Source of the DNA: Nostocoides sp.
GTDB lineage: Bacteria > Actinomycetota > Actinomycetes > Actinomycetales > Dermatophilaceae
Assembly (NCBI GenBank): GCA_037045025.1
Contig: JBAOHM010000019.1
Reading direction: 5' to 3' (one strand)
Length of the DNA: 64,000 nt
This document shows, piece by piece, positions 31,821 through 41,614 of the stretch (the first letter of the stretch is position 1; every line of letters starts with the position of its first letter). The position numbers and the translations under genes are program-made. The notes under the pieces are model-generated. The model saw only the letters and a list, made by a program, of their open reading frames with translations. It searched no databases and was not told the origin of the DNA.

Positions 31821-32555
31821 TCAGGCGTCGATCACGACCGGAAACTCCCGCCGCGCATTGTCGGCGATGCGCCGGATCAGGTAGGTGTCGAGCCCGGCGC
31901 CGACGACACCGCCCGCGACCGGGATCGCCCGGCCGAACCGGGTCAGGACATTCCGTCCGACCGTCGACAGGAGGCGGAAGGCCACCGCCTTGTTGACCAC
32001 CATCAACACCGGGCCGGGCAGCCGCTGGGCGGCAAGATTGGACAGCCGCCCGGTGGCGACGACCCCGGCCTTCTTGAGCAGATCCTCCGCATCCGCGCCC
32101 ACGAGGGTCAACAGCACCGCCGAGCGGATCTCCTGCTGGCTGATGTCATAGCCGCGGACCTTCGCCACCGCGGCGACCATGCGGGTCGCGAGCAGATAGA
32201 ACTCGACGACGTTCGCGGGCAGCGAGACCGGCATCGTGATGAAGCCGCCCATGCTCGTCAGGAAGCCACCCCCGGCGGCGAGCAGCGCGTGGTCCTTGAT
32301 GATCTCGTCGACGGCGTCCTCGATCCGTGGGTGCTTCTTCAGCGCCGCGGCGGCGACCTCGTCGGCGGAGTCGAAGGGACCACGGCCGTCGATGCCGGTG
32401 TCCAGCAGTCGCTCGACGAGCCGGGTGGCGGTGTTACCGACGAAACCCTCGTCCTCCTTCGGTCCGCGCGCGGCCTCCAGCGCCGATTTGCGCGGCGGTG
32501 TCACCGCTGTGCCGGGCTTGTCCTTCTCGTCCTTGATCCAGTCGAGGAGGCCCAT
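31821..32555 (-). CDS. EcsC-like protein
   Basis: The sequence is MGLLDWIKDEKDK...GGFLTSMGGFITMPVSLPANVVEFYLLATRMVAAVAKVRGYD, which resembles the EcsC family core. The start is ATG 32555. Confidence 0.5.
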   Translation of the reverse strand: MGLLDWIKDEKDKPGTAVTPPRKSALEAARGPKEDEGFVGNTATRLVERLLDTGIDGRGPFDSADEVAAAALKKHPRIEDAVDEIIKDHALLAAGGGFLTSMGGFITMPVSLPANVVEFYLLATRMVAAVAKVRGYDISQQEIRSAVLLTLVGADAEDLLKKAGVVATGRLSNLAAQRLPGPVLMVVNKAVAFRLLSTVGRNVLTRFGRAIPVAGGVVGAGLDTYLIRRIADNARREFPVVIDA

Positions 32556-32619
32556 GTGCAATCCACTCCTTGCTCGTCGGCGCGTGTGCGGAGGAAATCC
32601 TTGCACGCCGGCGGCGCAG

Positions 32620-34332
32620 ATGCCGCGGCGCGTCCCGGGCAATCCCGAGGGCCCGCTGTCGCCGGCGCGGCCTAGGTTTGGTCCCGTGCCCGGACCACCT
32701 CGCGCGTTGCTCGCGGTCGTCGCGCACGGCGAGCGGATCTGCCTGTATGCCGCGGGCCGGGCCGAGGTGCTCTCCCCCGCTGACGCGGCCGGGCGCATCG
32801 ATTTGGCCGCGGAGCGGCTGGTCGTCTGGTCGGCAGCCCGGGATCTCACCGCTGTCGTGGCCGCCGGCGCCCGACCGGCCCGCGTGCTGGACCTGGCCGA
32901 GGCCCATCGGATCGTGCGCGGGGGCTGGCGCGCCGATCCGGGCCGGGTGTGGGCGGCCGCGACCGGTCTCGACCGCGGCGGGGTTCCCGAGGGACCGGGC
33001 GACGATCTGTTTGCCGCCCTGGTCACCGGCCCGGGTGAGGAGGATCTGCTGACGCCCGAGGGCTACCTGCGCCCGGACGCCGTGGCTGGTCGGTGGACTG
33101 TCACCGACGACCGGCTGGTCGCGTGGGCGCGCGCCGCGCTCGAGTGCGCCGGACGGCTGGGGCCGCAGCTGGACGGCCTGGGCGCGCGGGCCGCGTCCCT
33201 CGCGGCGTCGGAGTCGGCGGCGGCGGTGCTCTGCCTCGAGCTCGAACGCGACGGCCTGCCGATCGACCGGGCGGGCGCGGGCGAGTTGATCGCACTCGCC
33301 GCCGGGCCCCGCCCCCGCGACGAGGCGCACGCCCGGGCCATCCGGGCCGAGCGGGACGCGCGGGTGCTCGCGGTTGCGCCCGGACACGACCACACCGACC
33401 TGCGCAACCCGGCATCGGTCCGGGCGCTGCTCGCCGCGGTGGGCATCGACGTGCCGACGACCCGCAAGTGGGTCCTGGAGAACCATCGCCACGTCCATCC
33501 GGTGATCCCGGCCTTGCTCGACTGGCGCCGCGACGAACGGATCGCGACGACCTATGGCTACGGCTGGCTGGACGCGCACGTCGGCCCCGACGACCGGCTG
33601 CGGGGCACGTGGACCGCGTGCGACGGCGCGGCCGGGCGGATGACCGCGCAGAACGGCCTGCACAATCTGCCGGTGCCGATGCGGGCGGCCGTGGCCGCGG
33701 CTCCCGGCTGGCGGTTTGTGCGGGCCGACTTGGGGCAGATCGAGCCGCGAGTGCTCGCCGTCGTCTCCGGCGATCCGGCACTCGCCGAGGCCACCGCCTC
33801 GCCGGACCTCTATGCCCCGGTCGCCGAGCGGCTCGGCGTCGAGCGCTCGGTGGCCAAGGTCGCGGTCCTGGCGGCGATGTATGGCCAGCGGTCGGGCACC
33901 GCCGGGCGGGCGCTCACCGGCCTGCAGCGGGCCTACCCCGTCGCGATGGGCTTCCTCGACGCCGCGTATGCCGCGGGCGTGTCCGGCGCGGACCTGCGGA
34001 CCTTCGGGGGACGGCGGCTCCGCACGCGCGGCATACGGGATGAGGGCTCCCGGGGGCGTTATGCGCGCAATGCGCTCATCCAAGGAGCGGCGGCCGAACT
34101 GTTCAAGTGCTGGGCGGCGACCGTGCGGGCCGCGCTCGTGGATGCGCCCGCCCGGATCGCGCTGTGCCTGCACGACGAGCTGCTGGTGCACACGCCCGCC
34201 GGCGACGCGGCGGCCGTCTCCGGCGTCGTCGAGAGCGCTCTCGCCGACGCGGCGCGCCGGTGGAGCGGGGGCGCACCCGTGCGCTTCGTCGCCGACACGA
34301 CCGTGATCACCCGATGGTCGGAAGCGAAGTAG
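32620..34332 (+). CDS. Stand-alone family-A DNA polymerase (3'-5' exonuclease-like N-domain plus polymerase domain, no 5' nuclease domain)
   Basis: It carries Pol I-type motifs: FVRADLGQIEPRVLA (motif A), RSVAKVAVLAAMYGQ (motif B) and LCLHDELLV (motif C). At about 570 aa it is too short to include a 5'-3' exonuclease domain. The start is tentative (ATG 32620); upstream parts of the track ORF overlap the divergent gene. Confidence 0.8.
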   Translation: MPRRVPGNPEGPLSPARPRFGPVPGPPRALLAVVAHGERICLYAAGRAEVLSPADAAGRIDLAAERLVVWSAARDLTAVVAAGARPARVLDLAEAHRIVRGGWRADPGRVWAAATGLDRGGVPEGPGDDLFAALVTGPGEEDLLTPEGYLRPDAVAGRWTVTDDRLVAWARAALECAGRLGPQLDGLGARAASLAASESAAAVLCLELERDGLPIDRAGAGELIALAAGPRPRDEAHARAIRAERDARVLAVAPGHDHTDLRNPASVRALLAAVGIDVPTTRKWVLENHRHVHPVIPALLDWRRDERIATTYGYGWLDAHVGPDDRLRGTWTACDGAAGRMTAQNGLHNLPVPMRAAVAAAPGWRFVRADLGQIEPRVLAVVSGDPALAEATASPDLYAPVAERLGVERSVAKVAVLAAMYGQRSGTAGRALTGLQRAYPVAMGFLDAAYAAGVSGADLRTFGGRRLRTRGIRDEGSRGRYARNALIQGAAAELFKCWAATVRAALVDAPARIALCLHDELLVHTPAGDAAAVSGVVESALADAARRWSGGAPVRFVADTTVITRWSEAK

Positions 34333-34348
34333 CCCAGCGCCTGCCGGA

Positions 34349-35269
34349 TCAGCCTGGGGTCTCGTCCTCACCGACCGTGCGCAGGAACTGCTCGAAGTCC
34401 GCGGCCAGCTCCTCGCCCGAGGGCAGCGGCGCCGACGGCGGGGCGAGCAGGTTGGGCTTGTCGGCGGCCTCGACGAAGGCGTCATACTGCCGTTCCAAGG
34501 CCGCGACGGCGGTGCCGACCTCGGCGTTGCCGGCGATCTCGGCCTCCAGTCGCAGACGGCCCTCGTTTGCCGCGGCGATTAGCGCGTCATTAGGCAGGTT
34601 CAGCCCGGTCACGTCGACGATCGCGTTGAGCGCGGTGAGCGCACCGTCATGGAACTCGGCCTGGGCGAGATAGTGCGGAACGTGGACGGCATACCCGACC
34701 ATCGCCTCGCCCGCCTCCCCGAGCCGCAGCTCCAGCAGCGCGGTGAAACTGCCCGGCAGTTGCACCCGCCCAAAGACCGGGTTGCGCTCACCGATCAGGT
34801 TGACGTCGGTGGCGTGCGCCGTCAGCCCGATCGGGCGCGTGTGCGGCACCGCCATCGGGATGCCATGCGCGGTCACGGTCAACCGCACGCCGAGGCGGCG
34901 CTGCAACAGCCGGATCGCCTCGACCATCCGCTCCCACTGGTAGTCCGGCTCGGGACCGGTCAGCAGGTAATAGGTCGCGCCGTCGCGGTCGGTCAAGCGA
35001 TAGAGCAGCAGCGACGGGTCCTCATAGCTGGCGTAGCGCGTCTCCTCGAAGACCATCGCCGGACGCCGGCCCCGGTAGTCGAGCACCTGGTCGACATCGA
35101 AGGAGGCGACCACGGTCGCCTCGGAGTGGTCGAGCAGGTGGCTGGTGAGCAGCGCCTGGATGGTGCCGGCGTCGATGAAGCCACCCAACGCGACCAGCAG
35201 CGGCCCGGGCACGAGGTCGGCGAGGTCGCCGTCGGCCTCGAATCGGAACAGTTCACTGGGGTTCAGCAC
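34349..35269 (-). CDS. PAC2 (proteasome assembly chaperone 2-like) family protein
   Basis: The sequence contains LLVALGGFIDAGTIQALLTSHLL. GTG 35269 is preceded by AGGAGAG. Confidence 0.7.
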   Translation of the reverse strand: MLNPSELFRFEADGDLADLVPGPLLVALGGFIDAGTIQALLTSHLLDHSEATVVASFDVDQVLDYRGRRPAMVFEETRYASYEDPSLLLYRLTDRDGATYYLLTGPEPDYQWERMVEAIRLLQRRLGVRLTVTAHGIPMAVPHTRPIGLTAHATDVNLIGERNPVFGRVQLPGSFTALLELRLGEAGEAMVGYAVHVPHYLAQAEFHDGALTALNAIVDVTGLNLPNDALIAAANEGRLRLEAEIAGNAEVGTAVAALERQYDAFVEAADKPNLLAPPSAPLPSGEELAADFEQFLRTVGEDETPG

Positions 35270-35350
35270 GGCAGCATCTCTCCTGCAAGACGACAAGGGA
35301 TTGTATTCCGCAACGCGCTGCCGGCCCCGTCGATTCCGCCCGGCCCCGGA

Positions 35351-38300
35351 TCAGCGCTCGACCTCGGCGATCGCGCGCAGCACGCGTTTGGCGCTGACCG
35401 GGTATGCCGTGCCGAGCCGTTGCGCAAAGACCCCCACTCGCAACTCCTCGATCATCCAGCCGGCGTCGCGGACCCGGTCCGCGCCGCGGGCCTGCGGCGA
35501 GAGCGCGGCGAGCAGATCGGCATACGCGCTCTCGACGCGGTCCACATCCGCCATCAGGCGGGTGTCCCGGGCGGGGTCTTGGCCCGCCTTGTCGAGCCGC
35601 TCCTCGATCGCGCGCAGGTAGCGCGGCAGGTCCCGAAGGTGGCCGGTGCCGAACTGGGCGATGAAGCCGGGGCCGACGAGCGAGGCGAGCTGGGCGCGCA
35701 CGTCGGCGACCGTGGCCTGCACGGCCGGGGCGGTCATCTGCTCCAGCCGCTGCTCGATGGCCCGGGCCCGGTCGAGGATCGGCGCGACCTCACCCACGAT
35801 GCGCAGCACCCGGGCGGCGACATGCGTGCGCACCGCGGCGAGGGCGGCCTCGAACCCGGCCGCGGTGCGCACCCGGCCACCATCGCCACCGGCGACGATC
35901 TCGTCGATTGCGGCGGCGAGGGCGTCGTCGAGGAGGGCGGGGACGGAGCCGTGCGGGTTGCGGCCCAGCGCGAGCTTGTCGGCATTGCTCAGCCCGGCGA
36001 GGACGCGCTTCCACGGCGGGCTGGTGTTGAGCAACAGCAGCCGGCGCACGCCGAGGCGATGCGCACCGGCCGCCGCGCCGGCACTCGGCAAAACCCTGAG
36101 GGACACAGTGGTGCCGGCGTCAACGAGCGCGGGATAGCCGATCACGTCGTGCCCGTCGGCGCGGGTGGTGTAGCTCTCGGGAATCTCGCCGATCGTCCAC
36201 GACGTCAGCCCGGTTCGCTCAATAGCGGCGCTGGCCCGCGATACTCGGCGTTGGACCTGGCCGGTCAGCCGCTGTTGGAGGGCACCGAGATCCTTGTCGG
36301 CGCCGACGACCTCGCCGCGAGCCCCGATGGCCACGAACGTCATCCGCAAGTGGCCCGGCACCTTGGCCGGGTCGAAGTCGCTGCCGGTGACCTGGATCCT
36401 GGTGTTTTCCTTGAGAACTCGGGCGATCTCATCAACGATCTGCCCCTCCCCTGGGCGGATCTCCCGGAGCACGTATGCCGCGTGGTTAGGCGCCGGAACG
36501 AAGTTGGTTCGCAGCGTCTTAGGTAGCGAGCGGATCAGCGCGGCAACGAGATCGGCGCGCACTCCTGGGACCTGCCAGTCGAATCCCTTGTCCTGCAACT
36601 GATTGAGCAGTGCGATCGGGATCTGCACGGTGACCCCGTCCGTGGGCGAGCCGGGATCGAACTGATAGCTCAACCGCAATTCCAGGTCGCCCTGACGCCA
36701 CGTGCCGGGATAGTCGCCGACGTCGACGCCGGAGTCGTCGGCCCGAGTCAGATCGGCCTCGGTCAGCGTCAACAGGTCCGGATGGTGGCGCCGCTCGCCG
36801 CGCCACCACCGGTCGAAGTGCACGGCGGAGACGATTCCCGGTGGCACGCGGGCGTCGAAGAAGGCCTGCACCTGGGCGTCGTCGGCGACGATGCCGCGGC
36901 GGCGAGCCCGGTCCTCCAACTCCTCGATGCTCTCTCGCACAGCGCGATTGGCCGTCATGAAGGCGTGCGGCGTGTCCCAGTCGCCCTCGACGAGGGCGTG
37001 CCGGATGAACAGCTCCCGGGACAGCTCCGGGTCGATCCGGCCGAACTGCACGGTCCGATCGGCGACGAGCGGAACGCCATACAGGGTCACGCGCTCACTG
37101 GCAACGACGCTGCCCTGACTGCGCGACCAGCGCGGCTCGCTGTAGTTGCGTTTGACCAGATGCGCGCCGAGGCGCTCGGCCCACAGTGGGTCGATCCGGG
37201 CGTTCACGCGGGCCCATAGCCGCGTGGTTTCGACGAGTTCGGCCGCCATGACAACGTCCGGTTGCTTGCGGAAAAGCACTGACCCCGGCGAGATTCCAAA
37301 CCGGGCTCCGCGGGCGCCAAGATAATCGCGGGTTCGCTCATCGCGCAGGCCGATGTGCGACAACAAGCCGGCGAGCAGGGCCGGGTGGACGGTGTCGAGG
37401 TCCGGGTCGGCGCCGCGCGCGGCGGTTGCGCGCGCGGGATCGATCCGCTGGCTCTTCAGCGCCGCCCGCAACTGCTGATGCAGGTCCTGCCACTCGCGCA
37501 CCCGCAGGTAGTGCAGGAACTCCCGCTGGCACATGCGACGGAATGCGCTGCTGCTCAACTCCTTTTGCTGGTGCTGCAGGTAGTCCCACAGCTTCAGGTA
37601 GCCGGCGAAGTCCGAGCCGTCGACCCGGAAGCGGGCGTGCTGCTGATCGGCCTGGGTCTGCTTGTCGGCGGGCCGCTCCCGGGGATCCTGGATGGACAGC
37701 GCCGCAACGATGACGAGCACCTCGCTCGTGCACCCGAGCCGGTCGGCCTCGACGAGCATCCGCCCCATCCGCGGGTCGACCGGCAGCCGGGCCAGGGTCC
37801 GCCCGATCGCCGTCAACCGCTCGCCCGGATGCCGCTTGCCCCGCTGCTGCTTACGCCCTGTCAGCGATTCGTCCTTGGGCTGCACGGCGTTCAGCTCGTG
37901 CAACAGCCGCAGCCCGTCGGCCACATTGCGCGCGTCGGGCGGGTCGACAAACGGGAAGCGCGCGATCTCGCCGAGCCGCAGATCGATCATCTGCAGCACG
38001 ACGGCGGCGAGCGAGGTCCGCAGGATCTCCGGCTCGGTGAACGCCGGTCGGGCCTGGTAGTCCTCCTCGGAGTAGAGCCGGATGCAGATGCCGTCGGCGA
38101 GCCGGCCGCAGCGACCCGCTCGCTGCCGCGCGCTGGCCTGGCTGATCGGCTCGATCGGCAGCCGCTGGACCTTCAACCGCTGGGAGTAGCGGGAGATGCG
38201 CGCGGTCCCGGTGTCCACGACATACCGGATGCCAGGGACGGTCAACGAGGTCTCGGCGATATTGGTCGCAAGGACGATCCGCCGGCCGGGATGCGGCGCG

Positions 38301-39181
38301 AAGACGCGGTGCTGCTCGGCGGCGGACAGGCGCGAGAAGAGCGGGACGACCTCGGTCTGGGGAAGCGCCATACCGGCTAAAGCGTCTGCGGCGTCCCGGA
38401 TTTCGCGCTCGCCGGAGAGGAAGACAAGGACGTCGTGGCCGCCCGCCGCGTGCGTGGTCGCCTCGGTCCACAGCTCTTCGACCGCCTCGCAGATGCCGGT
38501 GACCTGGTCGCGTTCCTCGCCGTCCACGGTCAGCAGCGGCCGGTAGCGGACCTCGACGGGATACATGCGTCCGGAGACCTCGATGATCGGCGCCGGCCGG
38601 CCGCGGTGGCCAAAGTGCTCGGCGAACCGCTGCGGGTCGATGGTCGCCGAGGTGATGATCACCTTCAGATCCGGCCGGCGCGGCAGCAGTCGCTTGAGGT
38701 AGCCGAGGATGAAGTCGATGTTGAGGCTGCGCTCGTGGGCCTCGTCGATGATGATCGTGTCATAGCGGCGCAGGTCGCGGTCGCGCTGCATCTCGTTCAA
38801 CAGGATGCCGTCGGTCATGACCTTGACCGCGGTGTCGGCGCTGGAGGTGTCGGTGAAGCGCACCTGGTAGCCGATCAGCCCGCCGAGTTCGACGTGCAGT
38901 TCCGCGCTGATCCGCTCGGCGACCGAGCGGGCGGCGATCCGTCGCGGCTGGGTCAGCCCGATCTGGCCGGACTGCCCGCGGCCGAGTTCGAGGCACATCT
39001 TGGGGATCTGGGTCGTCTTGCCCGAGCCGGTCTCGCCCGCGATGACGACTACCTGGTGGTCGCGGATCGCGGCGAGGATCTCCTCGCGCCGCTCGACGAC
39101 GGGCAGCTCGGGCGGATAGTTCAGGTCGGGAACCGCCCGCGGCAAGGGAGCTTGCGGCTGCGGAGCGGACACAAACGTCAA
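35351..39181 (-). CDS. hrpA: ATP-dependent RNA helicase HrpA (DEAH box)
   Basis: The 1276-aa ORF contains GETGSGKTTQ, IIDEAHERS, TNIAETSLT and QRAGRCGR plus a long C-terminal HrpA-specific region. TTG 39181 or GTG 39172 is the possible start. Confidence 0.93.
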   Translation of the reverse strand: MTFVSAPQPQAPLPRAVPDLNYPPELPVVERREEILAAIRDHQVVVIAGETGSGKTTQIPKMCLELGRGQSGQIGLTQPRRIAARSVAERISAELHVELGGLIGYQVRFTDTSSADTAVKVMTDGILLNEMQRDRDLRRYDTIIIDEAHERSLNIDFILGYLKRLLPRRPDLKVIITSATIDPQRFAEHFGHRGRPAPIIEVSGRMYPVEVRYRPLLTVDGEERDQVTGICEAVEELWTEATTHAAGGHDVLVFLSGEREIRDAADALAGMALPQTEVVPLFSRLSAAEQHRVFAPHPGRRIVLATNIAETSLTVPGIRYVVDTGTARISRYSQRLKVQRLPIEPISQASARQRAGRCGRLADGICIRLYSEEDYQARPAFTEPEILRTSLAAVVLQMIDLRLGEIARFPFVDPPDARNVADGLRLLHELNAVQPKDESLTGRKQQRGKRHPGERLTAIGRTLARLPVDPRMGRMLVEADRLGCTSEVLVIVAALSIQDPRERPADKQTQADQQHARFRVDGSDFAGYLKLWDYLQHQQKELSSSAFRRMCQREFLHYLRVREWQDLHQQLRAALKSQRIDPARATAARGADPDLDTVHPALLAGLLSHIGLRDERTRDYLGARGARFGISPGSVLFRKQPDVVMAAELVETTRLWARVNARIDPLWAERLGAHLVKRNYSEPRWSRSQGSVVASERVTLYGVPLVADRTVQFGRIDPELSRELFIRHALVEGDWDTPHAFMTANRAVRESIEELEDRARRRGIVADDAQVQAFFDARVPPGIVSAVHFDRWWRGERRHHPDLLTLTEADLTRADDSGVDVGDYPGTWRQGDLELRLSYQFDPGSPTDGVTVQIPIALLNQLQDKGFDWQVPGVRADLVAALIRSLPKTLRTNFVPAPNHAAYVLREIRPGEGQIVDEIARVLKENTRIQVTGSDFDPAKVPGHLRMTFVAIGARGEVVGADKDLGALQQRLTGQVQRRVSRASAAIERTGLTSWTIGEIPESYTTRADGHDVIGYPALVDAGTTVSLRVLPSAGAAAGAHRLGVRRLLLLNTSPPWKRVLAGLSNADKLALGRNPHGSVPALLDDALAAAIDEIVAGGDGGRVRTAAGFEAALAAVRTHVAARVLRIVGEVAPILDRARAIEQRLEQMTAPAVQATVADVRAQLASLVGPGFIAQFGTGHLRDLPRYLRAIEERLDKAGQDPARDTRLMADVDRVESAYADLLAALSPQARGADRVRDAGWMIEELRVGVFAQRLGTAYPVSAKRVLRAIAEVER

Positions 39182-39223
39182 GGATAGGCGTCCCGGGAGG
39201 GGCCCTCGGTGCCCCGAGACCGC

Positions 39224-40535
39224 TCAGCGAGCGGCGGCGAAGCCCTGCTCGAGGTCGGCGAGGATGTCGTCGATGTGCTCAATCCCGACGGCCAGGCGCA
39301 CCAGCCCGGGCGTAACACCGGCGGCCAGGCGGTCCTCGTCGCCGCCCTGACTGTGCGTCGTCGTCGCCGGGTGGATCGCCAGTGAACGCACATCGCCGAT
39401 ATTGGCGACGTGACTGTGCAGGGTCAGCGCCTCGACAAAGCGCTTCCCGGCCTCCAGCCCACCGGCGATCTCGAAGGCGAGGACGGCGCCGGCGCCCTTC
39501 GGCGCATACCTGGTGGCGCGATCGTTGCTCGGGTCACCCGCGAGCGAGGCCCAGCGGACCGCCTCGACCTGCTCGTGCCCGGCGAGGAACTCGGCGACCC
39601 GGCGCGCGTTGTCGAGGTGGCGCTCCATCCGCAGGCTGAGCGTCTCGATGCCCTGAGAGATCAGGAAGGCGTTGAACGGCGAGATCGCCGGGCCCAGGTC
39701 GCGCAGCAGCTGGACGCGGGCCTTGAGGATGTAGGACAGGTTCTCGCCACCCGGGCCGGCCGACCCCGAGGTCGGGGCCATAGCGCAGGCCGTGATAGCT
39801 CTCGTCCGGAGCGTTGTAGTTCGGATACTTGGCGGGGTCGGCGGTGAAGTCGAAGCTCCCACCGTCGACGATCACGCCGGCGATCGACGTCCCGTGCCCG
39901 CCAAGGTATTTCGTCGCCGAATGCAGGACGACATCGGCACCCCACTCCAACGGCCGGAAGACATACGGCGTGGCGATCGTGTTGTCGACGACGAACGGCA
40001 CGCCGTGCTCGTGGGCAACGGCGGCGATCGCCTCGATGTCCAGCACGTCGGCCTTGGGGTTGGCGATCGACTCGCCGAAGAACGCCTTGGTGTTCGCGCG
40101 CACCACCGAGCGCCACGCCCCCGGGTCGGCCTGGTCGTCGACGAAACTGACCTCGACGCCGACCTTGGCGAAGGTGTAGCGCAGCAGGTTGACGGTCCCG
40201 CCATACAGGGCCGCGCTCGCGACGATGTGGTCGCCGGCCTCGGCGACATTGAGCAGGCCGAGGGTCGTCGCCGACTGCCCGGAGGCCACCATCAGCGCCC
40301 CGACGCCACCCTCGAGCGAGGCGATCCGCTGCTCGACGACGTCCTGGGTTGGGTTCATGATCCGGGTGTAGATATTGCCCGGTTCCGCGAGCGCAAACAG
40401 GTTGGCGGCGTGCTCGGTGTCCCGGAAGACATAGGACGTCGTCTGATAGATCGGCAGTGCCCGGGCCCCGGTCGTCGGGTCGGCCTGCTGGCCGGCGTGC
40501 ACCTGCCTGGTCTCGAACTTCCATTCCGGCGTCAT
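39224..40535 (-). pseudogene. metY: O-acetylhomoserine sulfhydrylase (MetY) interrupted by a single-base frameshift
   Basis: The N-terminal 250+ aa ([17 protein letters not shown]...[11 protein letters not shown]...[14 protein letters not shown]) are in the frame of ORF 39534..41150. The C-terminal part ([20 protein letters not shown]...HPATTTH...) is in the frame of ORF 39224..39862. The span is 1312 nt, which is 3n+1. The switch lies within about 39743-39782. Confidence 0.8.
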
Positions 40536-40703
40536 CGTCAGGCTCCTGTCTCGTGGCGTCGGGGTCCACCCTCGACCCGGATGCCGCCCCTCGAACCCGC
40601 CATCTCTCGATGCGGACAGCCGCCACGGTCGGCCTCGGCAGCGGAATGATCGCCGCTCCCGGTGAGTTGTCGCTACAACAGTCCCCCGAGTGGAAGGCGC
40701 ATC

Positions 40704-41129
40704 ATGAGCGGCTACCGTCCCAGCCCCAGCGGCTGGGTTCGTGATCAGGTCGAGGCCATCGAGGCCAATGGGACGACCGCGGGGGTGCAGATCATGGACC
40801 GCCCGGTCGTCTTGATGACGATGACCGGGGCCAGGTCGGGCGCCACCTTGAAGGTGCCGGTTATGCGCGTCGAGCACGACGGGACGTATGCCGCGGTCGC
40901 CAGCAAGGGCGGCGCCCCGGACAACCCGCAGTGGTACCACAACCTGGTCGCCACCCCGGACATCACCCTCCAGGACGGCAGCGAGGCGCGGCCGGTGCGG
41001 GCTCGGCTGATCGACGGCGAGGAACGCACCGAGTGGTGGGAGCGCTGCGTCGCCGCCTTCCCCCCGTACGCCGAGTATCAGACCAAGACCGACCGGCTCA
41101 TCCCGCTCTTCCTCCTCGAGCCCCGCTGA
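40704..41129 (+). CDS. Deazaflavin(F420)-dependent nitroreductase-family protein (DDN/DUF385-like)
   Basis: The sequence is [16 protein letters not shown]...[40 protein letters not shown]...[10 protein letters not shown]. Confidence 0.8.
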   Translation: MSGYRPSPSGWVRDQVEAIEANGTTAGVQIMDRPVVLMTMTGARSGATLKVPVMRVEHDGTYAAVASKGGAPDNPQWYHNLVATPDITLQDGSEARPVRARLIDGEERTEWWERCVAAFPPYAEYQTKTDRLIPLFLLEPR

Positions 41130-41153
41130 CCCCGACCGCCCACCCACCACCCC

Positions 41154-41227
41154 CGCTGAGGTCTGCGTTTCTTGCCGAGGTCTGATGATCGGTCATCAGA
41201 CCTCGGCAAGAAACGCAGACCTCAGCG
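41154..41227. repeat. Perfect 35-bp inverted repeat with a 4-nt loop; probable bidirectional terminator or palindromic element
   Basis: Arm 41154-41188 (CGCTGAGGTCTGCGTTTCTTGCCGAGGTCTGATGA) is exactly complementary to 41193-41227, with loop TCGG. It lies between convergent genes. GTGTTTTTG follows on the plus strand. Confidence 0.85.
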
Positions 41228-41614
41228 TGTTTTTGCGGTGCGGCGCAGCCACCACAAGCCGATCACGGGGAGCACCAGCGGCACATAGCCGTAGCCGGAG
41301 CCGAAGTGGCTCCATACGGTCTTGTCGGGGAAGGCGTCCGGCGCCAGGTAGGACGCCACGCCGACAGCCAGGACACCGGCGAGTTCGATCGAGCACGCGG
41401 TGGTGGCGAGGGCGCGCCAATTCTTGGCCAGGGCGAGCGTCGCGAGCAGATAGATGACCGCGGCCGCGGCGGAGAGCAGATAGGCCAGCGGGGCGCGGTC
41501 GAAATACTCGCTGATCTGCAGCACGGAGCGGCCGGTCGCGGCGAGCGCGAGCACGGCATACACCACGACGATCAGCGTTCCCGGGCCCGTGCCGGTGGGG
41601 GTGGAGTCAGCCAT
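41222..41614 (-). CDS. Hypothetical 4-TM membrane protein (130 aa)
   Basis: The ORF has four hydrophobic spans and GC3-rich codon usage. It is the last gene of a three-gene minus-strand set, and its stop lies inside the palindrome. Confidence 0.6.
   Translation of the reverse strand: MADSTPTGTGPGTLIVVVYAVLALAATGRSVLQISEYFDRAPLAYLLSAAAAVIYLLATLALAKNWRALATTACSIELAGVLAVGVASYLAPDAFPDKTVWSHFGSGYGYVPLVLPVIGLWWLRRTAKTR

Noticed and set aside
40536-40703. A possible SAM riboswitch (SAM-I or SAM-IV) in the metY leader. Also the direct repeat CCCTCGACCC / CCCCTCGAACCC at 40569-40598.
   Set aside because: I could not find the conserved cores I remember (e.g. GGCAACC, GUGCC, the AUCNAGAG-type junction) on the metY strand. 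The short repeat is not distinguishable from chance in GC-rich DNA. A covariance-model scan (RF00162, RF00634, RF01725) would settle it.
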